Part shown: positions 39,640-48,516 of the stretch, piece after piece
How the letters are laid out: each line of letters starts with the position of its first letter
How positions within the stretch are numbered: position 1 is the stretch's first letter
Source: Candidatus Magasanikiibacteriota bacterium
GTDB lineage: Bacteria; Patescibacteriota; Patescibacteriia; Magasanikbacterales; UBA922
NCBI GenBank assembly: GCA_041674805.1
Contig: JBAYVA010000002.1
Location: forward strand, 184,294 to 248,293
Length of the DNA stretch: 64,000 bases
Direction of reading: 5' to 3'
The notes under the pieces: generated by a model
What the model was told of the DNA's origin: nothing
Databases searched by the model: none
What the model saw: only the letters and a program-made list of their open reading frames with translations
Made by a program: the position numbers and the translations under genes

Positions 39640-39852
39640 ATGAAAGCATTACATATGGTAGCTTTTTTACTAGTCGTAGTAGGAGCTTTGAATTGGTTGT
39701 TGGTAGGTCTATTTTCTTTCGATTTAGTTACATTTCTTTTCAATGAAAATTTGTACATTATCGCTAGAATAGTTTACGTATTGGTAGGTCTATCTGGTCT
39801 TGTGCTTCTTTTCACTCATAAAAAGGATTGTAAAGAATGTACTGGTCAATAA
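39640..39852 (+). CDS. DUF378-family small membrane protein.
   Basis: 'MKALHMVAFLLVVVGALNWLLVGLF'; an AGGGGG Shine-Dalgarno lies 8 nt upstream of this internal Met. Confidence 0.6.
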   Translation: MKALHMVAFLLVVVGALNWLLVGLFSFDLVTFLFNENLYIIARIVYVLVGLSGLVLLFTHKKDCKECTGQ

Positions 39853-40078
39853 TAAAATTAGTGTTAAAACAAAAAAGATGCTACATGCTTGTGGGCGTCT
39901 TTTTTGTTTTTAGTTATAATTGACATGAATTAAAAAATTATGTAGTATGAGTAAACTATAGAACACGAATTGAACTAATTTAACGAATAAAAACGAATTC
40001 GTTCCAATTCGTTAAATCTGTTAGATCCCTGCCTGCCGGCAGGCAGGCGTGTTCCATTAAATTATTTTAAAAAATAGC

Positions 40079-40384
40079 ATGAAAGTAATAAATACTCCAG
40101 ATTTGTTAGAGTGGCAAAAACAAAATAAACAATTTAGAATTATTGATGTTCGTACTGAGTATGAATACAATGCTGGGCATATCGAAGGTTCAGAGCTTAT
40201 TTCTCTTGATGTTTTCGACAGAGTTTTTGTTGAAAAATTAGCTGACAAAGATGAAACTATAGTCTGTGTTTGTCGCAGTGGTGGACGCAGTAGTATGGCG
40301 GTAGATTTTTTGAATAATCAAGGTTATAGTAATGTTTATAATCTCATTGGTGGTTATACTATGTATAGATTGTCAGCAATGTAG
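40079..40384 (+). CDS. Rhodanese-domain protein (single-domain sulfurtransferase).
   Basis: Active-site loop 'CRSGGRS'. Confidence 0.8.
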   Translation: MKVINTPDLLEWQKQNKQFRIIDVRTEYEYNAGHIEGSELISLDVFDRVFVEKLADKDETIVCVCRSGGRSSMAVDFLNNQGYSNVYNLIGGYTMYRLSAM

Positions 40385-40447
40385 TCTATTTGACATCATA
40401 TTCTAAAAATAGTAGAGTTGAAGTATTAATTTAAAAATTTTTAAACT

Positions 40448-40720
40448 ATGCCTAAATTATTTTTAGCTTATCTTGGTGGTAAAATGTTACCAAATAGAAT
40501 AGGTGAAGATCATGAAGTGGTGCTGGTGGTGGCTGAAGATAAAGTCGAGGCCAAAGCCAAAGCACAAGCCAAGTGGAAGGGTGAAGGAGCCGCACATTTG
40601 GACATGTTAACTGAGGTTGATATTGTTGATAATTATGTTATAAATTTGGAGAAGACTATGAAACAAGATAAGATGATAAGTGACGATGATTGGCATGCTT
40701 TAAATGATGTAGATAAATAA
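40448..40720 (+). CDS. Hypothetical protein.
   Basis: A 90-aa ORF followed by a strong terminator. Confidence 0.4.
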   Translation: MPKLFLAYLGGKMLPNRIGEDHEVVLVVAEDKVEAKAKAQAKWKGEGAAHLDMLTEVDIVDNYVINLEKTMKQDKMISDDDWHALNDVDK

Positions 40721-40838
40721 TTTGACAGTTTGTGACTATTATAGTAAAGTATTAAAGCTATGACACAATTATTTAACAATAATAATTTGAATAATAATAT
40801 CAGCCAATAAGTGGGTGTCATTTTTGTAAATAGAAAAT

Positions 40839-40870
40839 AACCCGCTTAAAGAAGCGGGATTTTTATTTTA
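40839..40870 (+). terminator. Rho-independent terminator.
   Basis: aacccgctt-aaaga-agcgggatttttatttt. Confidence 0.7.
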
Positions 40871-40876
40871 AAATAT

Positions 40877-41038
40877 TCCGAGGTAGTTTAGTGGTAGAAT
40901 CCCGATAAGGGCTCCCAGATAGTTCAGTGGTAGAACGCAGCGCTGTTAACGCTGATGTCGTAGGTTCGAATCCTACTCTGGGAGCTTTTATCGGGACTGT
41001 TAACGCTGATGTCACAGGTTCGAATCCTGTTCTCGGAG
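40877..41038 (+). other. Disrupted or split tRNA-Asn-like gene whose 5' part (40877-40900) and 3' part (40996-41038) flank the intact tRNA-Asn. The insert is bracketed by the inverted repeat TCCCGATAA/TTATCGGGA.
   Basis: The 5' part TCCGAGGTAGTTTAGTGGTAGAAT has an acceptor and D-arm. The 3' part ACTGTTAACGCTGATGTCACAGGTTCGAATCCTGTTCTCGGAG has the anticodon loop, T-arm and an acceptor strand complementary to TCCGAGG. The 5' strand of the anticodon stem is missing. Confidence 0.5.
40913..40984 (+). tRNA. tRNA-Asn (anticodon GTT).
   Basis: TCCCAGA TA GTTC AGTGGTA GAAC G CAGCG CTGTTAA CGCTG ATGTC GTAGG TTCGAAT CCTAC TCTGGGA G. The cloverleaf is fully canonical with a 7-bp acceptor stem. Confidence 0.9.
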
Positions 41039-41180
41039 CAAACTCAAAATTTTCCTAATGAAACATTTATATACAAACAATAATAATCAAAATAATATTT
41101 TTAGTTATGGGATGTAGTTTATTGTTGAAATTTGTATAAATTAATAATTTCGTGATAAGCGGGTTTTTTTATTAAACAGT

Positions 41181-41777
41181 ATGGAAAATATAATAATATC
41201 AAGTTTTACAATTGGTTTTATAGCGGCTGCTTTACCTGGAGCCGTACAGACTACCATTTTGCAGAGTTCTATTATTGGTAAGGCTAAGAGTAGTCTCAAA
41301 TTTGCGTTGGGAGCCTCCACAATGGATGGTTTGTATTTGGGATTAGCTTATTTTGGTTTAGTACAAATACTCATCAGTTATCATTGGTTGAAAGTAATAA
41401 TTGGTATTTTAGGATCACTATATATTGGATATATTGGTATAGTTGGTCTGAGGGACAGTTTAAAGAACACAGATGCAAAAGAAATAAGAAATAAATCATT
41501 TTTTAGTGGTTTTGTGCTAGTTTTATTACATATACCCACATTACTATATTTTGTCAGTGTCGCCGGTACTTTTTTTAAAAACGGAGTGGATTTGTTGACG
41601 GTAATTTTGTCTTGTATAGCCTTGAGTTTTGGTGCAATGGCTTGCTTTATTTTTGTCTCTTTAATTGGAAAAATGATAAACAAATTTGGTTCTAGATGGT
41701 TGGTCAAAACATTTAATATATTGGCTTCATTAATTTTGATATTTTTTGCTTTGAAAGTTATTTGGCAATTGTTTTAG
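41181..41777 (+). CDS. LysE/RhtB-family amino-acid exporter.
   Basis: Six TM helices, starting 'MENIIISSFTIGFIAAALPGAVQ'. Confidence 0.6.
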   Translation: MENIIISSFTIGFIAAALPGAVQTTILQSSIIGKAKSSLKFALGASTMDGLYLGLAYFGLVQILISYHWLKVIIGILGSLYIGYIGIVGLRDSLKNTDAKEIRNKSFFSGFVLVLLHIPTLLYFVSVAGTFFKNGVDLLTVILSCIALSFGAMACFIFVSLIGKMINKFGSRWLVKTFNILASLILIFFALKVIWQLF

Positions 41778-41842
41778 TATATTTTAGGTATTTGTTTTTT
41801 TATGTTACCATTACAATATCTAAATTTATATTTTTTTCACCT

Positions 41843-42412
41843 ATGAAAAACGCCATAATAATTCATGGCAGACCAACCAAAGAAATTTATTATGATGCAA
41901 GTAAAACTTCATCTAGTAATTTTGCTTGGATTCCTTGGCTACAAAAACAATTGATAATAAAAGATATCAAAGCCGATACACCGGAAATGTTTTTGGCCTA
42001 CGAACCGCAATATGAGATTTGGAAAGAAGAATTTGAGAGGTACGAGGTTAACGAAGAAACAATCTTAGTCGGACATAGTGCTGGTGGGGGATTTTTGCTC
42101 AGATGGCTGTCTGAAAATAAAAAAATTTTTGTTAACAAACTTGTTTTGGTTGCGCCTTCAGTTGATCCATTTGAAAAAACGGGATTGGAATTTCATAAAT
42201 TTGCCATAGACAAAGATTTGAGTAACAGAGTCCGGAAAATGATTCTCATCATGAGCGACAAAGATTCTGACGGCATAATGGAAACGGCGAATATACTTAA
42301 GAAAACATTCCCAGATATAGTATATAAAGAATTTCCTGGCTATGGACATTTTATTCCTCAAGATATGGGAAAGAGCGAATTTCCTGAGCTACTAGAAGAA
42401 ATTTTGAGATAA
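41843..42412 (+). CDS. Alpha/beta serine hydrolase (YdeN/RBBP9-like).
   Basis: 'IIIHGRPTK' and the nucleophile elbow 'LVGHSAGGG'. The start is taken at the internal Met. Confidence 0.6.
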   Translation: MKNAIIIHGRPTKEIYYDASKTSSSNFAWIPWLQKQLIIKDIKADTPEMFLAYEPQYEIWKEEFERYEVNEETILVGHSAGGGFLLRWLSENKKIFVNKLVLVAPSVDPFEKTGLEFHKFAIDKDLSNRVRKMILIMSDKDSDGIMETANILKKTFPDIVYKEFPGYGHFIPQDMGKSEFPELLEEILR

Positions 42413-42559
42413 TTTAGGTAAATATTCAAGTAAAAACAGTCCCGATTTTGTCGAGGCTGTTTTTTATAATTTTCCACTTTTTCGACTTGTTGACTTTTAT
42501 TTTTTTGTGCTATAATAATATTATACAATTTTAGTATAATTTATCTAACCACAAATCAT

Positions 42560-42994
42560 ATGTCAAAAGTCAGCACTTATATCAATTTTCCTCGCAACAC
42601 AGAGGAAGTATTCAATTTTTATAAATCAGTTTTTGGGACAGAATTTGAAGGTGAAATCAATCGTATGGGTGATATGCCTTCACAAGAAGGTCAACCTGCA
42701 ATAAGTGAAGAAGACAAAAATTTGGTAATGCATGTAGCTTTACCAATTTTGGGTGGACACGTACTTAGGGGTACTGATGCTCCAGAAAGTATGGGTTTCA
42801 CAGTAAATATGGGCAACAATATTTATATTAATTTAGAACCAGATACTCGCGAAGAAACCGAACGACTTTTTCAAGCTCTTTCTTCTGGCGGAGAAGTGGA
42901 GATGTCGTTAACAGATATGTTTTGGGGTGATTACTTTGGTTCTTGTACTGATAAGTTTGGTGTGAAATGGATGTTCAATTGTTCTCAAAAATAG
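42560..42994 (+). CDS. VOC/glyoxalase-family protein (PhnB-like).
   Basis: 'YINFPRNTEEVFNFYKSVFG' and 'DYFGSCTDKFGVKWMF'. Confidence 0.65.
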   Translation: MSKVSTYINFPRNTEEVFNFYKSVFGTEFEGEINRMGDMPSQEGQPAISEEDKNLVMHVALPILGGHVLRGTDAPESMGFTVNMGNNIYINLEPDTREETERLFQALSSGGEVEMSLTDMFWGDYFGSCTDKFGVKWMFNCSQK

Positions 42995-43037
42995 AATTAG
43001 TCTTTATACTGCAGATTGAGGAATTGGAAATTGGATT

Positions 43038-43071
43038 CTCCCTCTCCTCGTAGGAGAGGGCTGGGGTGAGG
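43038..43071. repeat. Partial third copy (terminal hairpin only) of the GC-rich palindromic element.
   Basis: ccctctcctcgtaggagagggctggggtgagg, against the family end cccctcctaataggaggggctaggggaag. Confidence 0.6.
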
Positions 43072-43127
43072 TTCGTTTAGAAAAAATAATTCTCTCAAAT
43101 TTTAATTCATATTTAATCAGTAATCAT

Positions 43128-43583
43128 ATGAAAAAACTATATTTTTCCATATTTATAAGTGCCTCACGCGAAAAAGTCTGGGAAACGATGCTTTCTGATT
43201 CTTCTTATCGTGAGTGGACAAAATCTTTCAATCCTGGTGGTTCATATTATAAAGGGGATTGGAGTCAAGGTTCTAAGATATTATTTTTGGGGCCAAATCC
43301 AGATGGTAGTGGTGAAGGTGGTATGGTTTCTCGCATCAAGGAAAATCGTCTTTATGAATATATTTCTATTGAACATTTGGGTATTATAAAAAATGGTGTG
43401 GAAGATACTACTAGTGAAGAAGTAAAAAAATGGACACCAGCTTTTGAGAATTATATTTTTAGAGAAAAAGATGGTGGCACAGAAATTGTCGTGGATATAG
43501 ATAGTAACGAAGAATACGCCAAAATGTTTTCTGAGATGTGGACAAAAGCTCTGCAAAGTCTAAAAGAATTGTGTGAAAAATAA
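43128..43583 (+). CDS. SRPBCC (AHSA1/START-like) domain protein.
   Basis: 'FSIFISASREKVWETMLSDSSYREWTKSF'. Confidence 0.55.
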   Translation: MKKLYFSIFISASREKVWETMLSDSSYREWTKSFNPGGSYYKGDWSQGSKILFLGPNPDGSGEGGMVSRIKENRLYEYISIEHLGIIKNGVEDTTSEEVKKWTPAFENYIFREKDGGTEIVVDIDSNEEYAKMFSEMWTKALQSLKELCEK

Positions 43584-43623
43584 TTTCGTATTCCTTAAAA
43601 CTTAGTGCCTAATATTTAATTTT

Positions 43624-44997
43624 ATGACTGCAGAACACAATATAAAAGATTTGACAGTGGGAAATATTCCTAAACATCTTTGGTCACTAGCTTGGCCGAT
43701 GATGCTCTCCATGTTTTTTTATACACTCTATAGCATTGTTGATACTTTTTGGGTTAGCAAATTATCCACCGAGGCTATTGCCGCTGTCAGTATCTCGCAG
43801 ATTACTCTGTTTGTGATGATTGCCCTTAGTATGGGTATTGCCGTTGGTTCAGGAGTCTTTATGGCTATGAGTATTGGTGCTAAGAATAAACCAGAAGCTG
43901 AGAGAATCTTAGGACAATCGTTTGTCCTGGCTGCTATTTCTGGTGTATTTTTTACTATCATTTCTTTGCTTTTCAAGCATCAATTATTGACTGTTTCAGG
44001 AGCTACTGGTCTTATTTATGAGCCGGCTCTGGAATATTTCACTGTTACTGCTGGAGGCTCTATTCTTTTTTTCTTTCTCATGAATGTTATGTTTGCTTTT
44101 AATTCCGAAGGTGACACTTTTACCTTGACCAAATTGTTTGCTGTTTCTACTTTGGTCAATGTGGTGCTTGATCCTATCATGATTTTTGGTAAATTTGGCA
44201 TGCCGGCTCTGGGAATTTCTGGAGCAGCTTATGCGACACTTATTTCTCAAGTCGTTTTTTTGGTTTTAGGTATTATTGTTTTGTCTGGCAAAAAAAGAAA
44301 TATTAGATTTTCTTTTCACAATTTGAGTTTCAATTTTGCGTCTGTCAAACAAATTTTGAAAATAGGTATTCCTGCTTCTCTCACCCAAGTTATTAATCCA
44401 ATTGGTCTGGCTGCTCTGATTTTTATTACTTCTCAAATTTTTTTGGAAGCTGGAGCCATTGCTTTTAGTCTGGTTTTTCGTGTAGAATTTTTTGCTTTTT
44501 TGCCAGCCGCTGGTTTTGGTTTTGCTGCTATGGCGATGATTGGTCAGAGTATGGGTGCTGGCAAACTGGAGCGCGCGCAAGCAGTTTTTAAAAAAGCTAT
44601 TGTCTTAGGATTTTTGTCAGCTTCTGGTTTTGGCGTGTTGGCAATATTATTTGGTGGTTATATCGTCGGTATTTTTACCACAGATCCTCAAGTTATGAAG
44701 TATTCTTTAATGTATTTGTGGATTGTCGGTGGTACTTATGGCTTTTTAGCGGCGGCGATGATTGAGGCTAGTGTTTTTCAAGCTATGGGACGTTCTTGGC
44801 CGGGCTTTTGGATTTTCTTTACCAAGTTCATGTTTATTTCTTTGCCTCTGGGTTATGTTTTGACTAGTGTTTTTAAATTTGATATTTGGGCTATGTGGAC
44901 TGCGATTGCCTTATCCAATGTTGTCGTTGCTGTCTTTGGTTATTTGTGGAGCCGGAGGACTGTTGAAACTAAAAAGACAATGGAAGTATTAATGTAA
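43624..44997 (+). CDS. MATE-family efflux transporter.
   Basis: 12 TM helices with two-fold internal repeat symmetry, starting 'LWSLAWPMMLSMFFYTLYSIVDTFWVSKL'. Confidence 0.8.
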   Translation: MTAEHNIKDLTVGNIPKHLWSLAWPMMLSMFFYTLYSIVDTFWVSKLSTEAIAAVSISQITLFVMIALSMGIAVGSGVFMAMSIGAKNKPEAERILGQSFVLAAISGVFFTIISLLFKHQLLTVSGATGLIYEPALEYFTVTAGGSILFFFLMNVMFAFNSEGDTFTLTKLFAVSTLVNVVLDPIMIFGKFGMPALGISGAAYATLISQVVFLVLGIIVLSGKKRNIRFSFHNLSFNFASVKQILKIGIPASLTQVINPIGLAALIFITSQIFLEAGAIAFSLVFRVEFFAFLPAAGFGFAAMAMIGQSMGAGKLERAQAVFKKAIVLGFLSASGFGVLAILFGGYIVGIFTTDPQVMKYSLMYLWIVGGTYGFLAAAMIEASVFQAMGRSWPGFWIFFTKFMFISLPLGYVLTSVFKFDIWAMWTAIALSNVVVAVFGYLWSRRTVETKKTMEVLM

Positions 44998-45062
44998 TTT
45001 TGTAAAGTAATTAAAAATAAAAACAGACTATTTGCATAGTCTGTTTTTTAGTATAAAAGTTA

Positions 45063-45260
45063 TTAAACTCTTTGTACGTTTGTTGCTGCTTTACCTTTTG
45101 GTGTACTTTCTACATCAAAAGTAACTTCGTCACCTTCTCTCAATTGAGAGAAACTAACACCAGACAAACTATTAGCATGGAAGAATAAATCTTCGCCTTC
45201 TGCTTGTAGAATAAAACCAAAGTTTTTTTCTACAACTAATTTTTTGATAGTACCTTGCAT
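45063..45260 (-). CDS. cspA: Cold-shock protein (CspA family).
   Basis: '[30 protein letters not shown]' carries the RNP1/RNP2 motifs. The start is taken at the internal Met. Confidence 0.85.
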   Translation of the reverse strand: MQGTIKKLVVEKNFGFILQAEGEDLFFHANSLSGVSFSQLREGDEVTFDVESTPKGKAATNVQRV

Positions 45261-45356
45261 ATGTATGTAAAGATATTGTGAATGAAATACCAAAAGGCAG
45301 AAATTCGACTTATCTCTACACTATTAATATGTGTGTAGCACTAAGCTACAAAAAGT

Positions 45357-45385
45357 AGTATAACATAGAATGGCTTTTTTGTCAA
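45357..45385 (-). promoter_or_regulatory. Sigma-70-type promoter for cspA (TTGACA-N17-TATACT on the minus strand).
   Basis: The plus strand reads agtata(45357-62)...tgtcaa(45380-85), a 17-nt spacer and a 5'UTR of about 90 nt. Confidence 0.5.
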
Positions 45386-45451
45386 GGTAACACGAATATT
45401 AGTACTAATAGACATGAATAATAACAAATATTAATATTTGATTGGTTTTAC

Positions 45452-45480
45452 TTGACAAAGTATTACTTTTTTGCTATACT
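45452..45480 (+). promoter_or_regulatory. Sigma-70-type promoter for the DEAD-box helicase gene (TTGACA-N17-TATACT).
   Basis: ttgaca at 45452-57 and tatact at 45475-80. This is divergent from the cspA promoter and uses identical hexamers. Confidence 0.5.
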
Positions 45481-45622
45481 TGGGTATTAATTTATAGGCA
45501 AGGCTAGCAATAGTCTTGCGACTCGATTTTTTTTGTGTCATTCCGTTCACAGCCAAAGGCTCGTGTTGCAAGGCGGACAAGTATGTGTGACTTTCAGAAA
45601 TTTTGGGTCACACATTTTTTTT

Positions 45623-46915
45623 ATGAACAAAACACAAATCGATACTGTTCGTTTTGACGATCTTGGTATCAAAAAGAATTTTTTAGAAATTCTAAAATAT
45701 AAAGGTTTTATTACTCCAACTCCAATTCAACACCAAGTAATACCAGGTGCTCTTGAAGGTAAAGACGTGGTAGGTATAGCACAAACAGGCACAGGTAAAA
45801 CTTTGGCTTATGGTATTCCTTTGATTCAAATTTTATCTAGCCAAAAAGGTCAAGGACTTGTTTTGGTGCCTACTCGTGAGTTGGCTCAACAAGTAGCAGA
45901 TGCTTTGAATAATATTGGCAAAAATTTAGGTTTACGTTTGGCTGTTGTGATCGGTGGAGTTTCTTCACGTCCTCAAATAAGAGATTTACGTAATAGTCCA
46001 CATATTGTCATTGCAACACCAGGTCGTCTTGATGATTTGATGGAACAAAGACATTTTAGATTAAATGATGTTAAAATGCTTATTTTGGATGAAGCTGATA
46101 GAATGTTGGATGTTGGATTTTTGCCTCAAATAAAACGTATTTTTCAACAAGCTCCAAAAGATAGACAAACTATGCTTTTTTCTGCTACAATGCCACCAGT
46201 GATTGCTAGTTTGGCTAGTGCTTTTATGAGAATGCCTTTGAGAATAGAAATTGCTCCACAAGGTACTTCTGCTGAAAATGTAGAACAAGAAGTTTTCGTT
46301 GTAAGTAAACCAGATAAAATGCGTCTTTTGTTTAATCTTTTGCAAACTTACAAAAAAGATACTATTCTTATTTTTTCTCGTACCAAACATGGTGCCAAGC
46401 ATATTACTAGAGATTTGCGTGATGCTAATTATACTGCTACAGAAATTCATTCCAATCGTACACAAGCACAACGTAAAACAGCGTTAGATGGTTTTTCTAA
46501 TGGTAGATTTCGTATTTTAGTAGCTACAGATATTGCCGCTAGAGGTATTGATGTAAAACAAATTTCTGTAGTAATCAATTATGATTTACCAGACAATAGT
46601 GAAGATTATGTACATCGTATTGGTCGTACAGGACGTGCTGGCAGATCTGGAAAAGCAATTTCTTTTGTAGCTCCATCTGAAAAAGCAGATATAAGAAGAA
46701 TTGAAAAATTGATTCGTAAAAGTTTGCCAATTTTGGACTTGCCTATACAAGTTTCAGAACCTTTTGAAAGTAGGGTAAGACAAGTAAATGAAAGAATAAC
46801 AAATAATAATTTTTCTACACGTAATCGTGGTGGAAATAATTTTCACAAAAAGAATAATCGTAATTCTCGTTTTGAACGTCGTTATGGACGTACTGATGCT
46901 AGAGGCGAAAGATAA
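45623..46915 (+). CDS. DEAD-box ATP-dependent RNA helicase.
   Basis: Q motif 'TPTPIQ', Walker A 'AQTGTGKT', 'DEAD', 'SAT' and 'HRIGRTGRAG'. The start is taken at MNKTQID, directly after a 5'UTR hairpin and U-tract. Confidence 0.9.
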   Translation: MNKTQIDTVRFDDLGIKKNFLEILKYKGFITPTPIQHQVIPGALEGKDVVGIAQTGTGKTLAYGIPLIQILSSQKGQGLVLVPTRELAQQVADALNNIGKNLGLRLAVVIGGVSSRPQIRDLRNSPHIVIATPGRLDDLMEQRHFRLNDVKMLILDEADRMLDVGFLPQIKRIFQQAPKDRQTMLFSATMPPVIASLASAFMRMPLRIEIAPQGTSAENVEQEVFVVSKPDKMRLLFNLLQTYKKDTILIFSRTKHGAKHITRDLRDANYTATEIHSNRTQAQRKTALDGFSNGRFRILVATDIAARGIDVKQISVVINYDLPDNSEDYVHRIGRTGRAGRSGKAISFVAPSEKADIRRIEKLIRKSLPILDLPIQVSEPFESRVRQVNERITNNNFSTRNRGGNNFHKKNNRNSRFERRYGRTDARGER

Positions 46916-46956
46916 AATTATATTCTATAATTTATTTTTTATATTAATTTAATTGT

Positions 46957-47151
46957 ATGTTGAGTAAAGTATTGCAAAATCTAAAAAAATTAGAGAAGAA
47001 AAAAAGTTCTGATTTAAATATAAATCTACAAGGTCTAAAAACACCTAAACCTCAAAAAACTGGTTTTCATGCTAAAGCAAAAAGTGAAGCCGGTGCACTT
47101 CGTCAAAGAAGTATGGGTAATAGAATGAGTAAACCTAGTAGATCAAAATAA
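46957..47151 (+). CDS. Hypothetical small basic protein.
   Basis: 64 aa, Lys/Arg-rich, with a terminator 47150-47180 downstream. Confidence 0.35.
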   Translation: MLSKVLQNLKKLEKKKSSDLNINLQGLKTPKPQKTGFHAKAKSEAGALRQRSMGNRMSKPSRSK

Positions 47152-47309
47152 GATCTACAAAAACAGAGTGTTTTACTCTGTTTTTTTACATTTTTCAAAT
47201 TGGTAATAAATTTGTAAAGATGATATTGAAAAATATTTATTTGTTTATTGTTGACAACAATCTTTTTTTTGTTTACAATGCAGCGAAAAATGTAGTAAAA
47301 TAATAACAT

Positions 47310-48503
47310 ATGAATAAAAAAATAAAAATAATTTTGTTAGTATTAAGCCTTTTCATAATTTTGGCTTTGTTATGGTATTTTTGGTGGATAAAAAGAGACA
47401 GTGTTGATGCTGAAAAACAAGAGGAACAAAAGCAGGAAATATTGAAAGTTATTGAAGATAGAATTGCTACACAAGTACGTGAAAATGACGATGCCGATCC
47501 TTTTGGTGAAGATGGATTAGCACGTATTCTTCTGATTGGTCTTGATAGTAGAGCTGGACAAACTTTTGGGCATTGTGATGTGATTCAAATGTTGGAAATA
47601 GATAAAAACAAAAGTAATGTACAAATTACAGCTGTACCTCGTGGTACTTATTCTTCGTTACCTCCTGGTAAAGCTGTGACTTCTACAGATTATTATGTAT
47701 CCAATGCTTGTGGTTTGGCTGGTCTTGATTATGGTATCAAACAAATTGAGAAAATATTAGGTAAAAAAGCTGATTATTTGGTGGTAGTAGGTTTTTCTGA
47801 AACTTTGGGCATTTTGCGTAGTTTTGATTTGCCTACAACAGAAACTTTGCAATGGTTACGTCAAAGACAAGGTTATCGTATTGGTGAACCTCAAAGAGCT
47901 CGTAATCATTCTACTTTTATCAAACAAATGATGACAAAATATATTCCTGAAAAAAATTCAAAGTTTGATTTGCCTTTTCATTATTTAATTTACAAAATTA
48001 TAAAGACAGATTTGAGTTTTGAAGAATCAGAAAAAATAATAGGAGTACTTAGTGAGATGGAATTGTCAAAAAATTCTGATAAAATTTCTTTGGCGATGCG
48101 ACCAAGTTATGATGTAGAAGATATACCTTATAATTCTGAAAACGTTGAGGAATACGTAAAAAAAATGATAGACCCTGTCAAAAATTATTTGAAAGGTAGT
48201 AGTTATACGGGAGTTACTTTAGAAGAAGCTGATGCTAAAGTTTTGGCTACTTATAATGAAAGAAAAACTGAAAAAGAATTTGTAAATTGGGCTTTTGAAA
48301 ATAATTTATGGATGCAAGTGGAAGATGAAGAAGCAAGAGAAACTTTGCATTTAGAAATTTTGCAAGATTATTTAAAAAGTATTTCTGAAGTAAAAAAGAA
48401 AGAAGATATTTTGACAGATTATATTTTAGAAATGAAATATCTTGGTTTAGAAGATTGGGCTAGTAAAGGGGAAAAGATTTTGGAAGAAGAAATAGTAAAA
48501 TAG
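47310..48503 (+). CDS. LytR-CpsA-Psr (LCP) family protein.
   Basis: N-terminal TM helix and 'ARILLIGLDSRAGQTFGHCDVIQMLEID', the LCP core. Confidence 0.7.
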   Translation: MNKKIKIILLVLSLFIILALLWYFWWIKRDSVDAEKQEEQKQEILKVIEDRIATQVRENDDADPFGEDGLARILLIGLDSRAGQTFGHCDVIQMLEIDKNKSNVQITAVPRGTYSSLPPGKAVTSTDYYVSNACGLAGLDYGIKQIEKILGKKADYLVVVGFSETLGILRSFDLPTTETLQWLRQRQGYRIGEPQRARNHSTFIKQMMTKYIPEKNSKFDLPFHYLIYKIIKTDLSFEESEKIIGVLSEMELSKNSDKISLAMRPSYDVEDIPYNSENVEEYVKKMIDPVKNYLKGSSYTGVTLEEADAKVLATYNERKTEKEFVNWAFENNLWMQVEDEEARETLHLEILQDYLKSISEVKKKEDILTDYILEMKYLGLEDWASKGEKILEEEIVK

Positions 48504-48516
48504 TTTTATTTTTTAA

